Shown: one piece after another, positions 52,073 through 64,000 of the stretch
Layout of the letters: each line of letters opens with the position of its first letter
Numbering within the stretch: position 1 is the first letter of the stretch
Source of the DNA: Selaginella moellendorffii
Lineage: Eukaryota > Plantae > Lycopodiophyta
Assembly (NCBI RefSeq): GCF_000143415.4
Contig: NW_003314458.1
Span: 1 to 64,000, forward strand
Length of the DNA stretch: 64,000 nt
Direction of reading: 5' to 3'
Made by a program: the position numbers and the translations under genes
Notes under the pieces: model-generated
What the model was told of the DNA's origin: nothing
What the model saw: only the letters and a program-made list of their open reading frames with translations
Database searches by the model: none

Positions 52073-53927
52073 CCATTACTATAGAGAATGAAAACTGATT
52101 TTACCACATGATGCATAAATGACAATATATATTGAGTAATAGAAGATAAACTCAAAGTTATATCAACTAAATAACAAGGGACCTCTTGTTATAAAAATGA
52201 GTTTGGAAAAAAAACACTTGATGAACTGATGCCAAGTGAATTGTACTCCTAAAAGGATGGAAAAGTCATTGACTTATTCACACAAGGACTCTCTACTACT
52301 TATATAACTCCTTGTTCTTGAAAAATCTCTATATCAAAACTTTCCACTATAATAGTATTAACATGATGTTGTTAATACCAAGACCTTAACCTAGTAAATG
52401 GATAGTGTTAATTCAGAAAACATTAAAAACTTTAATATATCTGGCCAACCTCATCACACACTTAGTAGTAAATATCACGGCCACGACCACATCCTCGCCT
52501 TGTCTTTGCAACAGCGTTCATCTCCATTGAAACAAGAGCATCTCCTATGGGAAGTAAAGCTGAAGCATGTACAACTATAAATGGGAGAGGTGATGTCTCA
52601 TAGTATTTTGTTAAGTAAAAAACATCATCAAGGGTAGCTGGGGCAAGTGTATGCATAAGTCTCATAAAATTTTGACAAAGTACTAAACACAATATTTCCA
52701 ACTTGATCTACTCTGAAATATTAGCTCTAATGCTCTATTTCGTTAAAGTGGGATTTATTCAGTAAAATGGGACTAGGTACAAATTTTCAAGTATTTGAAA
52801 ATGACGTGAAATTATATGTTTTTTGTCCAGAGGCTAGACATATCTGGGGCATGGTGACTAGCGCGGTGACTTTATGTCCAGACTGAGTCCATCTGGTTGT
52901 ATAATAAATCTCATTGTCAAGGTGAACAAGCCGAATCTGAAGCTAAAGAAGAGCAATGGCATGCGCGCACACACTATTTGTTTGTTCATTGAGCGTGTGG
53001 TGAGCTTTCCAAGATGAACGTCATTCCTATTAGCCAGACATATCACTTAATGGTGAGAACATTTAGATATTATTCAATGTTATCTTTTTCTAACGAATCT
53101 AATTGTGAAGGTGTAGCAAGAGGCATTGCTAGTCTGGAGAAGTCATTTAACTCATTTGACCCTTAGTGTATTTTCATGAAACTAAATAACATTCATATTA
53201 TTAAGGAATTTCTCTAGTACCTTTTTGTTATGACATAGAGGCTTGTATTTCTTTCAAAGGTGATTTAGTAAAAGGCTTGAGGGCACATGCCATTCTATTT
53301 CTCAGACCGGTATTAAGATATACTAGTGCAAAGGGAAAAAGGTATTTGGTGATTAAGTAAATGGCATGAGGGCACACGCCATTATAAGCCTAAGCGCTAG
53401 TGGACACCTCCTTTTTGGTACTCTCAGCGGTACTATCATCCTTCTCCGGGTCAGTTGTTTTGCTTTGGATTGTTGTCTCTGACGTTACTGGGGCGTTCTC
53501 GATAGTTGTTAATGTTGCCGTTTGTTCAGAAAAATGATCACCTGGAGTATAGTACGGGGAGTTTGGAAGACTTATATATTCTACATCTTCACCTATCTCC
53601 TTCTCCGTCTCCTTTTCTGCCTCACTTACAGATTTTGTGCTTGCCATGAGAACGCTCTTCACCCTAAAATATGGAGTTCGTTGTGTTATAAAAGGAAACC
53701 AACACACACGCTGCAAGGGAATGATGGTACATAAAGCACGTAAGCCCACAATATGGGTTTATGTGCCATTAATATGGGCCACACGCCATATTATTAGATT
53801 TATGCACGTGTGATTGGTAAATGCATATGTCACATCATCTCAGGCCACATGCCATCACGCCTCCTCTGATTCAGATTTGGATTGTTCACCTTGAAATAAA
53901 ATACATTAGAAACTTAGTAAAGGAATA

Positions 53928-56900
53928 TTAATGAATCTCACCTTGAACCCGGGTTATGAATGCTCTTGCTGCATCTCTTGCATGGTCTGGCAAGGTGATG
54001 GTGGCACTCTGCTTCCGCATCCAACCATGCACAACATTATCCACCGATATGCTCATGCTGGGATCCCTTGGATTCAGCACCCATCTCTTTTCTAGGCAAT
54101 CCTTCGTATATCCGGAACTTGGCTTGAACCACTCCACAGTTACATTGAAGGAGTTAGTTTCCGCGTCCTCCTCTGCATCAGTGATGCAGCGCCCCACCCA
54201 TATCATTTGTTTTTTATTACTGGGTCTGACAAGCACGACCATTCCTTTGCAGACCTGTACTGGATTGAATGCTGAATCCGGCTTCTTGTTCCTCGGCCCA
54301 CAATAGTGATCCTCAACATCGTTATCTGTCACTGCATTTCTAGAGGACATTGTTCCGCTACTATCTGGTGCTCTGGGTTCTGGCCAAAAGGACTCTTCCA
54401 ATTCTTCATATACAACCGGCCCATTTTGGATAGTAGATATAATCTTCTCCCAGTATTCGAGTAAAGGCTTGCACCTCTGAAAATAGGATTCTCCACCAAA
54501 CACCAACCCCCTCTTCCAGAAGGCAATATGCTGTCTAATCCCGGCCACTATACTTTCCTGGTCTTTGAGTCCATCCGGGTGCATCGGCCGTGGGGAACCC
54601 TGAGGAATCATAGGTTCCCCAGTTATGGGATCTCTCTTGAAGAGTTCAATGCCGTCCACTGGCAGCCACACTGTGTCCCATTCTCTCATCTTGTACCTCA
54701 TCACTGGAGCATCGTCACGCATGCTGAAATGAAACTGAAGAGGCTTGGAGTGGCCAATCAGCGTTTCGGATCCGTCCCTGATGTAGCCTCTTACAAACCC
54801 CTTAAAGTCTGGAACCTCTGTCAGAAGTGCAGCTTCAACAGTGCCTTTGATGCAATTTTGGAATTCATTGTAGAGTTGTGGGAGGGTGAGGACATTGGAT
54901 CGCCGGAGGGACTCTGCCAGGTGACTGAACATGGCATCGACGTCTTCATGAGTGTGCCCAACCATGAGAAAGCCAAGTGTAACCGTTTCAAATATGCCTT
55001 TGGCAACAAGCATCCCCAAGTACGTGAAGACGTACATGTTTTTGTTCTCACTGCCAGCATTGTCTGTTTGGAGCAGAAGATGGGGTGGAAGGCCACATTG
55101 GCCGCAAGAACTTCCTTGAGATTCTGCTTCGTTTGGATGAGGCTGTGCATTCACCGGGCGACCAGCCTCGTCGGAATGGCATGAGGCCTCACGTGATAAC
55201 CCTACAATCTGACGGCCAACATATTCACTGGGATGGCATGGGGCCCCACGTGATACTGCAAGCCTTTGCTCCTCCTCCAGCTGAACCCTGTATGGGGTTC
55301 GATCGACAAGGGCCTTATGCAAGGGTTGGCCGTTCAGCTCAGTCTGCGCACTTTGCAGAGACCTTAAGTGTTTTGCTAGGGACGCAATCATCATGTTTGC
55401 ACCCCCGCCACCCCATAGAGGTACAAAGAAGTTCCCATAGTTCTGGGCACCATGCCCATGAGCGATTATGCCAAACAGAGACACAGGCAGCTGCATGGAT
55501 GAAGAGATTGCCTTGGGAGCAGGATTGAGTCGAGGTAAGCACGTCTTTTTCTGGTCCATTTTGTCGTGGATGATGCAGAGGTAAGAGTCAGGTCTCTCCA
55601 TGGAAAGAATCCTGTTATGATAATATGCAGTCCTGCAGCTTCTCTGCTCGATGTTGTGGTCGAGCCGCCTTCTAACCAGCGTCTCTCGCTCTTGAGTGCT
55701 GCAAGAATTCTTCGACAAAGCCATTTTGATAGCAGTGCACTCGTCACACTTTGAAAAGCTGGAGTACTTTCCTATACTCACATCCCTGAACCTGTTGCTC
55801 CACAATCTACTAAATCTAGATTGGCTCAGCTTCTTGTAGCCATTACTCTGGAGTTCCCGATTCACATCTTCCAATATAGCCCCCTTGGTATACATGGAAG
55901 GGAGAACTCGTTGGGTGTCTCGTGTTCCATCTTCCAAGAGGCGGGTTTTATGTGGTTGCTGCTCGCTACATGTCTCGACAAACCTCTTGAAGATTGCCTC
56001 TCCATATACAACATGACCCCTGGTTTTGTGCATACCGTCGTTCCCATGGACTGCCTGTTGAACCCTTTGTTCCTCGAACTCAGTTTTGATTCTGTAGAAT
56101 GTGGTTCGAGGGACTCCATAAATGATTCTCCATGCCTTCATGCAGACCAAACCCCTCTGGAAGACCATGCCCCCCACCTGATGTTCTGAAGCATCAACAG
56201 ATGATCGTAATGCCTCATACACAAAATTGCGAGCTGCCTTCCAGGACAATGTCTTGTATCTTGCTCTCTCCTCTTCAATAGCATCCCAATTAGCATGTTG
56301 ACAGCACCTCCTCTTGCAACAAGTAACTGTCGAGACCATTCGAACCTCCATCGCCATTTTCTGCCTTTTCGGTTCATTGCTCAGATCCCTTTGGCTGCGC
56401 TTTAGGAAGGTGTACTTTCTTTTCCCATGAAGAGATGTTCTGTCATCAGTTGTAGTGGTGTTTGATTGTGAATCCTTCACATTCTCAAACACTAAGTGCC
56501 TCAATTTCCACCGCACAATGCTTCCAATAGTCAGACTGTTTTCTTCTGTATCAACAACCTCTAAAATCGCAACTCCAATATCATCCCAGCCCAATTCTTG
56601 ATTAGCAACTGCATCTCTTGGATCGACAACTGTGGCTAAGCCCTCAGCTACCACCTCCCCCTCGGGGTTGTTTAGAAACACCTTCGCCTGAATCCATGTA
56701 GCACGGTTCTTAAGATCCACGGAGGGAACATGCGTCGCACTTGCGCTGTCCCCAACATCTGCTTTCTTCTGAAGATTTTTCAAGGCAACAACAACATTTA
56801 CCCCGACGACCATCTCTCCTCGTTCAATAGCGACCACATTCCCATCGAAGACAGTCTCTACTGATACAGCAGCATTGCCTTCCCCAAGCCTTTGACAGTG

Positions 56901-56985
56901 TATAACAAAGTTCCGATCCATAGACACAAGGGTCCCTTTTGCAACTCTCTTCCCACCATACCTTTTCCCCAACCCTGAAAGCCAT
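53928..56985 (-). CDS. DDD transposase, Sola-superfamily-like; near full length (~1030 aa) with an 11-bp frameshifting deletion just after the probable ATG
   Basis: Motifs: VCMKAWRIIYGV (HTH-like), HGN, FSRLW...FSKCDEC, IIHDKMDQKK.CLP (D1), LQTDNAGSENKN (D2), FLMVGHTHEDVDAMFS (D3). The probable start ATG at 56985 matches copy A ATG 8202 (MAFRVGEKVYILNGG). B lacks TTACATTTTGA there, so the predicted N-terminus MYGLNFF is an artefact. Confidence 0.8.
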
Positions 56986-59900
56986 TCTGAAAGTGTAGAA
57001 AAGAAGTTAAGACCATACAAAAAATGATTGGAGAATGGCCTAAATCATAACATACCAAACAACCTCAATAGCATGAGGCCACATGCCATTATTCAAACAT
57101 GCTATTGACACCCACGTGAAATTTTGCATTCACAAAATTGGCATGAGCCCTCATGCCATCTTGATATACACACAGCTGCAGGCAAGTAAAAACATACATG
57201 ACAATACGCTAGCCATGAAATTGCAAGGGCCCAAGATGGCATGTGGCCTCATGCCATTTCTAAATGTGGTCCTAAGCCATTCCATGGTGAACATACCAGG
57301 AAGCACAAGTGCCGAATATCAAGAGGAAGCGGTAGCCACACCAAAGATAGTGCCGCTCGCAACACCGCAACTACTTGTAGCGCCGCTCGCAACACCGCAA
57401 CTGCTCGTAGCGCCGCTCGCACAAACTGCCACTCGCATAAACTGCCGCCCGCAATGGTGCTCGCAATGCCACAACCGCTCGTAGATGCATAAACCACAGC
57501 CCACATCACCGCTTACACAAGCAGCGCTCACTGCGCTCAGCGGAACCAAGAACACGGCGCACAAAAATGATAGACCTAGGAATGAGTTCGAGAATTCAAA
57601 AATAACACACGCTTGAATGTCACATCAAATCCTCTGACAAACCAGATCTTATGACTCCTCTGACAAATTTCAAACTGAGTAGCTTCTAGACTTTGCTGTC
57701 GGAGGTTGAACTTTGTCACATCATGTCCTTGCCTCGATCCAGCTATGCCATGTCAGTGATTCGAACTTTGCCATGCCATGTCAGCAATCCGCGCCAAGAT
57801 TATTCGCCGTGTAAAGGAATAATTATGCTCTGTGTGTACGTCCATTTATGGCAATATAAGGCCACACGCCATTCAAAAAATAATGCTAGTCGAGCATTTT
57901 TTGGTGCATTTTTGGGTTCAAAATTGCATGAGCCCACACGCTATAAAGTTTACCTGTACCAAAAATAGAAACAGCTTTATTTACTTGGGAATTTAAGTGG
58001 TTGAGGCATTTTTAAACTTACAAACACATGCCCTACTTACATTCCTTTGGTTGCTTAAAATTCAAAAATATTATAAACCTTTCTTTTTGCATTTTCAATG
58101 TTTTCAATTATGGTTTTTGATTTTCGCAGGACCAGCCTAGTAATCTATTTGCATCCCGTCATGTTTATAGCTAGCTTTCGTTTGTCCCCTTCGCTAGCCT
58201 GAGATACATCTGCTCGGCATCTGCCTCTTACAGCATTTGCCCAGAAAGGGCATCTTTCTTCACGCAGCATTTGCCACATGTTTAGGGTTTAGGGTTTAGC
58301 AATTCAGTAGCTTGATAAAAATGCAAATACAGAACTTGATGCAAAATCCTTTGATATGTCACAATGCCCCTAGGACCATAAACACATTTCAATAGAGAGG
58401 GTCCTTTCATTTCATAACTCCTTACGTAGATCTTGGTGAAACCAGAGTTAGTGAAGTTAGTTTCTTGTGATCCCGCATCTGATTGTGATGTCCCTTTGCA
58501 GTGTCGATGGAAAGGTCAATGCACACCAAACTGTAAAATCTTGGAGCAAAATAACGGTCGGATCTATAGCAAATGCCCCTAAAACATTGTAAGGCTCGTG
58601 TGGTCTCATGTGGTGTCCGATCGAGATGCTTCTTTGCAGGGTCATCAAGAAAGACATTGTATACCATTCTGTAAAATCTAGTTGCGATCTAATGGTTGAA
58701 TCTCCAGAAAACTCAAAACAATCTCGCGCGTGTCAGAATATCCTAGGAATATACTCCTATGTGCCCCTGAAAATGGCATGCGGCCCCACGCCATTCAAGA
58801 GATAACGCCAGATGACGCCGAGAATTTTTTGGTGCATTTTTTGGGTTCAAAATTGCATGAGCCCACACGCTATAAAGTTTATCTTTGCCAAATAGAGAAA
58901 AGTTTATTTGTGTCATGTGAGGTAGTTACAGTCCTTTGTGCTCGGCATCTGCCTCTTGCAGCATTTGCACTGAAAGGGAATTTTTCTCCATTCAGCATTT
59001 GGCCCTGAAAATGGCATGCGCCCACACGCCATTCAAGGAATAACGCCATAGAACGCCTGGATTTTTGGATTTAAAATGTTTAGGGTTTTTTGGGTTTTTT
59101 CAAAATATTTTGGGTCCAACGTTTTTTGGGTTTCTTTGGTTCAAAATTGCATGAGCCCACATGCTATAATATTGATTTGAGAGAAAAATAGAAACAGATA
59201 GAATTTCTTTATTTAGCTGAACATCTGCCATTTTTGGAAATACAAGATGCTTTGGAATATCCAATCATGCATGGTATAAATATAGCGAGGGTATTAAATG
59301 ATATCCCAATCATGATCTTTCTTTTGGATTTCGCGTGCATGCAGTTCGAGGAATGATGACGTTGTGGATTTCTTTTGGATTTTGCGTGCTTGCATGCCCG
59401 CGGCAATCCAGAAATTAATGGTGGCGCCCAAGTCCGAGGAATGATGACGTGGCGGGATTACCAACCGTTGTGACATTTCGCGCGTGTGAGGTTAGGTTTT
59501 GCATTTTGCTTCGTACTCGCACTCGCGCTCGCATCACACTCACGCTCCCGCTCGCATCGCGCTCCCACTCGCGATCACGCTCACTTCTCTACAGGTTTCT
59601 CGTGTGCATCGGCGTCCACTCGCACTTGCATCACACTCGCGCTCGCATCGCGCTCGTGTGCATCGGCGTCCACTTCAAGACACACCCAGTTTGTAACTTC
59701 GCCACCAACTCCGCCGCCCACTCCGCCACCCACACGCAGCCCACTTGGCGTCTCGGGAGATTTCAGTGCCACTCTCCAACTGTAAGTGGCAGAGTAGCCT
59801 TGCTGCTACGATCCACTGCACACACTGTGCACATTCGCCAGCGAGTCCGGCCTCGATTGTCACGGCCTCCATTCGGCTTCAAATGGTAAGTCTTTTAGGC

Positions 59901-60103
59901 CAAGTAGAAAATGGCATGAGGCCACATGCCATTCAGTAGCAACATTGGCATGCACCGATTGCGCTCTCGAGTGCAGTCCAGTTATAGATGGCGTGTAGCC
60001 TCATGCCATCTTAGGATGCAGCCTCAAGACATCTAATGCAGTGGTGAATGGCGTGTGGCCTCACGTTATTTCCAGCTGCTAGCTTTTCATCTGTCAGCTC
60101 TAA

Positions 60104-63100
60104 TTGTTGTGCATTTCTGAACAGGCGAGGAATTGCGTTCTTCTTCCAGCCACTGTCAATGTGGATGCAGAGAAGGGGGAGGAGCTCACCAGTTAGACTT
60201 TCGGGATGGAAGGCAAGGATCTGATGCTGTACAACACAGATGGTGGGAGAAAAGAATGCATGGGGATCCTCATCCAAGTGACAGACACTCCATGCAGTTC
60301 CATGCAAGAATATGGACTGGCACTTGTGGTAGAGACAGCGTCCGCCTTCAAGATCCACCTTGCACATCCTAGCGGCTTCCCGGAGGGGGGCAGCGGCTAT
60401 GAGGAATTCCTAGAGGGAGCTAGGGAGAGGTTGTCCAGGAGGCCCACAATTTCAAAGACGCTGCGGGTCTATGAAGATCACATGGAATCCACGGACCTCA
60501 CCTACGGCGATGTTCAAAAACTATATTCCAACATTGAGCCGTTGAGAGTGCCTCCAGTTCGCGAAGCGAAGGGGAAGGGGGTCGATCTGGAAACTACCCC
60601 GAAGCAGAAAAGGGTGGTCAAGCTCAAGCCGACATCCGACTCTGCTGCTCCAAAAAAGAAGCTACTCGGTGATGCCATTGCCTCGGGTTCGAACACTACA
60701 CCCACCAAAAAGAAGAGCCGCAAAAAGCAGAAAGAGCAAGAAGAGGCAGCAAAAATCGTCGTAGATAATAGTACTTGTTACTATTCCAACAAAGTATATA
60801 CAATCGACGTGACCCGTATCGACATCCAAAGCAAATACAACCACAGGCTAGTATCTGATGAGTGGGTGGAGAAACTGAAGCAGAAGATGCTGGCAAGTCC
60901 AGTAACACCCGACATCGCAGACGTGATCCCCTACTACCAAACAATGAAGGGCGAGACGAGGTTTCCAAACTTGATCAATAGGAAGGTGTTGGATGATCAG
61001 AACATCCGGTTCTATGCCGTCTCCGGGCAGCATTCTAGCTTGGCGATGCAAGAGATAGTTCTGGATATTATGGTGGGCGAGGAGGTGAAGAAAGTCTTCA
61101 AGACAAGAGTTGTTCGCCTGATAAAAGGCAACTCGCCCCTCCGATCTATCATATCCATCTCCCACGCGCAGAATGTCAAGCAAGAAACGTGCTACAAATC
61201 GGGTTTGCACGAGACATTGGCACGAACACGGAAGCTCTGGGTTCAACTGAAGAAGCCACAAAAACCAGGACAAGGACGTGCACTAGCAACTAGCGCCTGG
61301 CAGGTAAGCCTCGTTGCATGTGGCATAGCATGTGGCCTCACGCCATTTCCATTGCAGGAATTCTCGAGTCTTCTCTCGAAAACACTGGGGGTCAATGACA
61401 CACTCAGCATCCATAACATTCTACTCGCGACAAAAGTTGTTTTTGACAAATGGGTAGATGTGCTGAGGAGGTACCATGACGGGGAGTTGCTAAACTCAAT
61501 GGGTGTGGAGGACGGCCGGAAGCCTAATGATTTGAAGCTCAACGCCTTGCGTTTCTCGCGGTCTCTAGACGACGACGACCTTCTGACAGTGGCTAATGGT
61601 GAGGTAGTCTTCAACAAGACCAAAATGACTCCCGGCCATATTGTGACATACGAGGACTTGTGCACGACTCTGAGAGCTCGTGCGCTATTGAAGGATTGGA
61701 TCTTCGAGCAAGGGGCCATGGAGAGGGTGAGCATCGACACCACGCAAGAGATGATGGAAGAGCTGGACTTGTCAAATGAAGACATCGACGAGTACGTGAA
61801 GGGGGCCCCCATGTTCATCGATCTGCTGCGGGATGCCACGAAAAGTAAAGCTGAGAAGTTGGATCAGTATCCAAATTTCATTAAGAGGGATGTTGACCGC
61901 CGGCTTCAGAAATAGCTCGACCCCGCAGCAGAGGCCTATCGAGAACCTTACCGGGTATACGTGAATTCGGATGAGGATCAAAGGTGGAGGAGCATCGTTT
62001 CCCGCGGAGATGAGCAGGTCAAGAACATCTTTTGTGTGATGGACTTCACAAACGAGGAGATCACTCATGCAGACGAAGTCAGCTCCATCATTGACTTAAT
62101 GGTGGGACTTGCGGAGGTGGAATCTTCAGTCCACTATATGATCTACGACTCCAAATCCTATCACAAGTTCTGGAAGGCCTTGAACGAGGTGAAGGCTCGG
62201 TTGAAAGGCAAGGAGATGCGGGAGATCCATGGGATAATGGCTAAGAAGAAGATACCGACGAATGTCCGCATCTTCACACTCGCCCTTGTTATTGGTCCTG
62301 CAGCAGAGTGGGACTGGAGTGACTTCCTAGCTTAGTTCAACAAGGCCGATCGAATTGATCTGAGGGAGGTCAATTTACCCGTGCCTGAGGAACTGAAGAT
62401 GGCTATGGAGCTTTCGAATCCAAAGAAAGCTCCAGGTGCAGCATGGGAAATGCTTAGCTGGGTCTTCAATGCAATAGCGGGTGACTCCAAGGGCAAATGC
62501 GTTGTCGAGTACAATTGCGGCAGACTATTCTTTCGAGCTGCACTACTCAAGGGTGTCCTGTGTGTTGCGGTGACAAACTCCATTGAAGAGGTGACTTCAA
62601 TGGAGCATATAATTACAGTTGCCAAAGAAAAACAGTATCTTCTCTACGAACCTGGTAAGTACGCACTTTAAGTTTAAATGTTATCTCACAAGCTCTGTAT
62701 GCAGGAGCGTGGCCACCCCCAGATGCTGAAACGGCGTTAACAGCTACTGATGTTAGGCTGAGCTCACTACCTGCACAAGGTAAGGTCACGTGAGGCCTCA
62801 CGCCATTTTGATTATAGATCGTTGTGAATATTCAGACACGAGGACTGAAAAGCGCACTGGTGGCGCGTCGAAGAAGGACAAACAGACAAGCAATAGGAAA
62901 AAAGGAGGTACAAATTATATTTGCAATGGCGTGTGGTCTCATGCCATTCCTTGCAGGAGACACTTCTTCAAAGGCAAAACAGGCAAGCACCAGTCAAGCT
63001 CAAACTGACAGTGGTCATAAAAAGCGAAAGCACGTTGGACAGTCGTCGGGATCAGAGGCGTTTGATTCGAAAAGGAAGAAGGGCAACGAAAAGATGATAT

Positions 63101-63869
63101 AGGTAATGCCTCGCGGTTATGGCGTGTGTGCTCATGCCATTCATTGCAGATCAAGGGCTGAGTGAAAGGAGCCAGTCACCACCTCCTGACTCAGATTCCT
63201 ATGGCAAACTCCCCTTCCCCAATCTCAATGGAGAGGTACAATGGATGAGGGATGCTTTTCAAGTCAGGGCCACGTTTTTCTCATCTCGTCATCTTCGAAG
63301 GGTGCAAGAACGTGCAGAAACCATGTTAAGACAGTCGGGTGAGGATAGGTCCTAGGTCAAGCACTGAAACAGGCTATGGATGTCTTGTATTTTGAGATGG
63401 AGACTCGGCCAGATGATTTTCCCAAGATGGTCCCTCCTCTTCTTCGTCCTCCTCTTCTTTGTCCTCCTCTTCGTCCTTCTGCTCTTCCTGCCCATTATCT
63501 TTCTCTGGCTCCTCATCCCCCTCCTGCATTTCTTCCATAGGCTGCTCAGGCTGCACCTCTACGGATGCAGGAGGACGAAGAAGAGGAGGACGAAGAGGAC
63601 TTGGATGGTCCTCACAATGGTGACGATCACAATAACAACGATGATGATGATGACGACAATGGCCAGCCTGAGGTGGCCAAAGAGCAGCGGAGGAAGGTCA
63701 TACAAGACAAACCATCAGGTAAATAATAGTACATCCATTCCTAACCTTTTACCATTTCTAACATTGTCCATGTAGGTCGCAGAAGAAATGGTAAGTAGAG
63801 ATTATTCAGTTGAATTAAGATACAAACTCTAGCCTTTAGTGTCGAGGAAGGATAGTGCCAAGCAAGGGT
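60104..63869 (+). pseudogene. Multi-exon cargo gene of copy B (ParB-like and MTase-like parts; 3' HAD part deleted)
   Basis: Introns at 61304-61357, 62655-62704, 62780-62835 (or 62817), 62908-62956 and 63103-63149 splice the ORFs into one frame. Premature TAGs at ~60195, 61913-61915 and 62333-62335, a 2-bp insertion at ~63100, an inversion at 63434-63553, and loss of homology to A after 63869. Confidence 0.7.
60790..61250 (+). other. ParB/Sulfiredoxin-like domain (copy A equivalent ~3920-4375, minus strand)
   Basis: TIDVTRIDIQSKYNHRLVSDEWVEKLKQKM...DIADVIP...FYAVSGQHSSLAM...VRLIKG...IISISHAQNVKQ...SGLHE follows the ParB N-terminal pattern (R...v..L...; y.vv.GxHr..A; a..eN..r.dl...E). Judged by eye. 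Confidence 0.6.
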
Positions 63870-64000
63870 TTAAATCCTGATAGTGTGGAGAGTGATGAAA
63901 TTCCAAGATTATTGTATAGGCGTTGGAGGCAAAAAATAACAGTCTGAGATGGCATGTATTTATTTAAAAATGTAACTTATTATGGCATGGGGTTCCATGC

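Larger units (their letters stand above)
52732..64000 (-). mobile_element. Large DNA transposon, copy B (inverted relative to copy A); extends beyond the window
   Basis: Starts (AT)GCTCTATTTCGTTAAAGTGGG, the reverse complement of the copy A end. Colinear with A until 63869. The element-specific palindrome reappears at 63982-64000, so the element probably continues. Confidence 0.85.
53270..64000. repeat. The same dispersed 22-bp palindrome in copy B
   Basis: Orthologous positions to A, plus two inside the transposase segment deleted from A (~55176, ~55233) and one at 63982. Confidence 0.9.

Noticed and set aside
56986-57020. Predicted transposase N-terminus MYGLNFFSTLSEW
   Set aside because: Artefact of the 11-bp deletion in B; copy A shows the continuous frame from MAFRVGEKV.
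61454-61618. The segment missing from copy A begins near GT and ends in AG, suggesting precise intron loss
   Set aside because: A retains one extra G, so the deletion is 164 bp and frameshifting; the segment is open and protein-like in B.

Overview
Repeat-rich eukaryotic DNA, most likely from a land plant: it has a CCCTAAA telo-box, Met-tRNA primer binding sites, a chromodomain Ty3/Gypsy element and unusually tiny 42-57 nt GT-AG introns. No host gene is recognisable. The window is bracketed by two inverted, closely related copies of a large (>11 kb) DNA transposon: copy A at 1-~11251 and copy B at ~52732-64000. Both run off the window edges. The element has two divergent genes. Gene 1 is a DDD transposase resembling the Sola superfamily, with two N-terminal Tnp1/En/Spm-like repeats. 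Gene 2 is a long multi-exon gene. By eye its spliced product reads as a ParB/Srx-like domain, a degenerate beta-class N6A/N4C DNA-methyltransferase-like fold, disordered linkers and an FCP1/NIF-like HAD domain. About 20 copies of one 22-bp palindrome (ATGGCRTGWG-NN-CWCAYGCCAT) are spread over each copy, including inside several tiny introns, and I saw none in the 41 kb between the copies. A ParB-like protein together with its own parS-like palindrome array in a plant transposon is the main candidate novel system. Both copies carry different inactivating lesions. The middle 41 kb is nested LTR-retrotransposon DNA: a chromovirus pol and 3' LTR, a 17.2-kb five-LTR non-autonomous complex with resolvable TSDs, gag/protease/integrase relics, miniature solo LTRs, AT-rich DNA, two assembly gaps and a (TA)n tract. 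All domain calls are motif-level judgements made without database searches.
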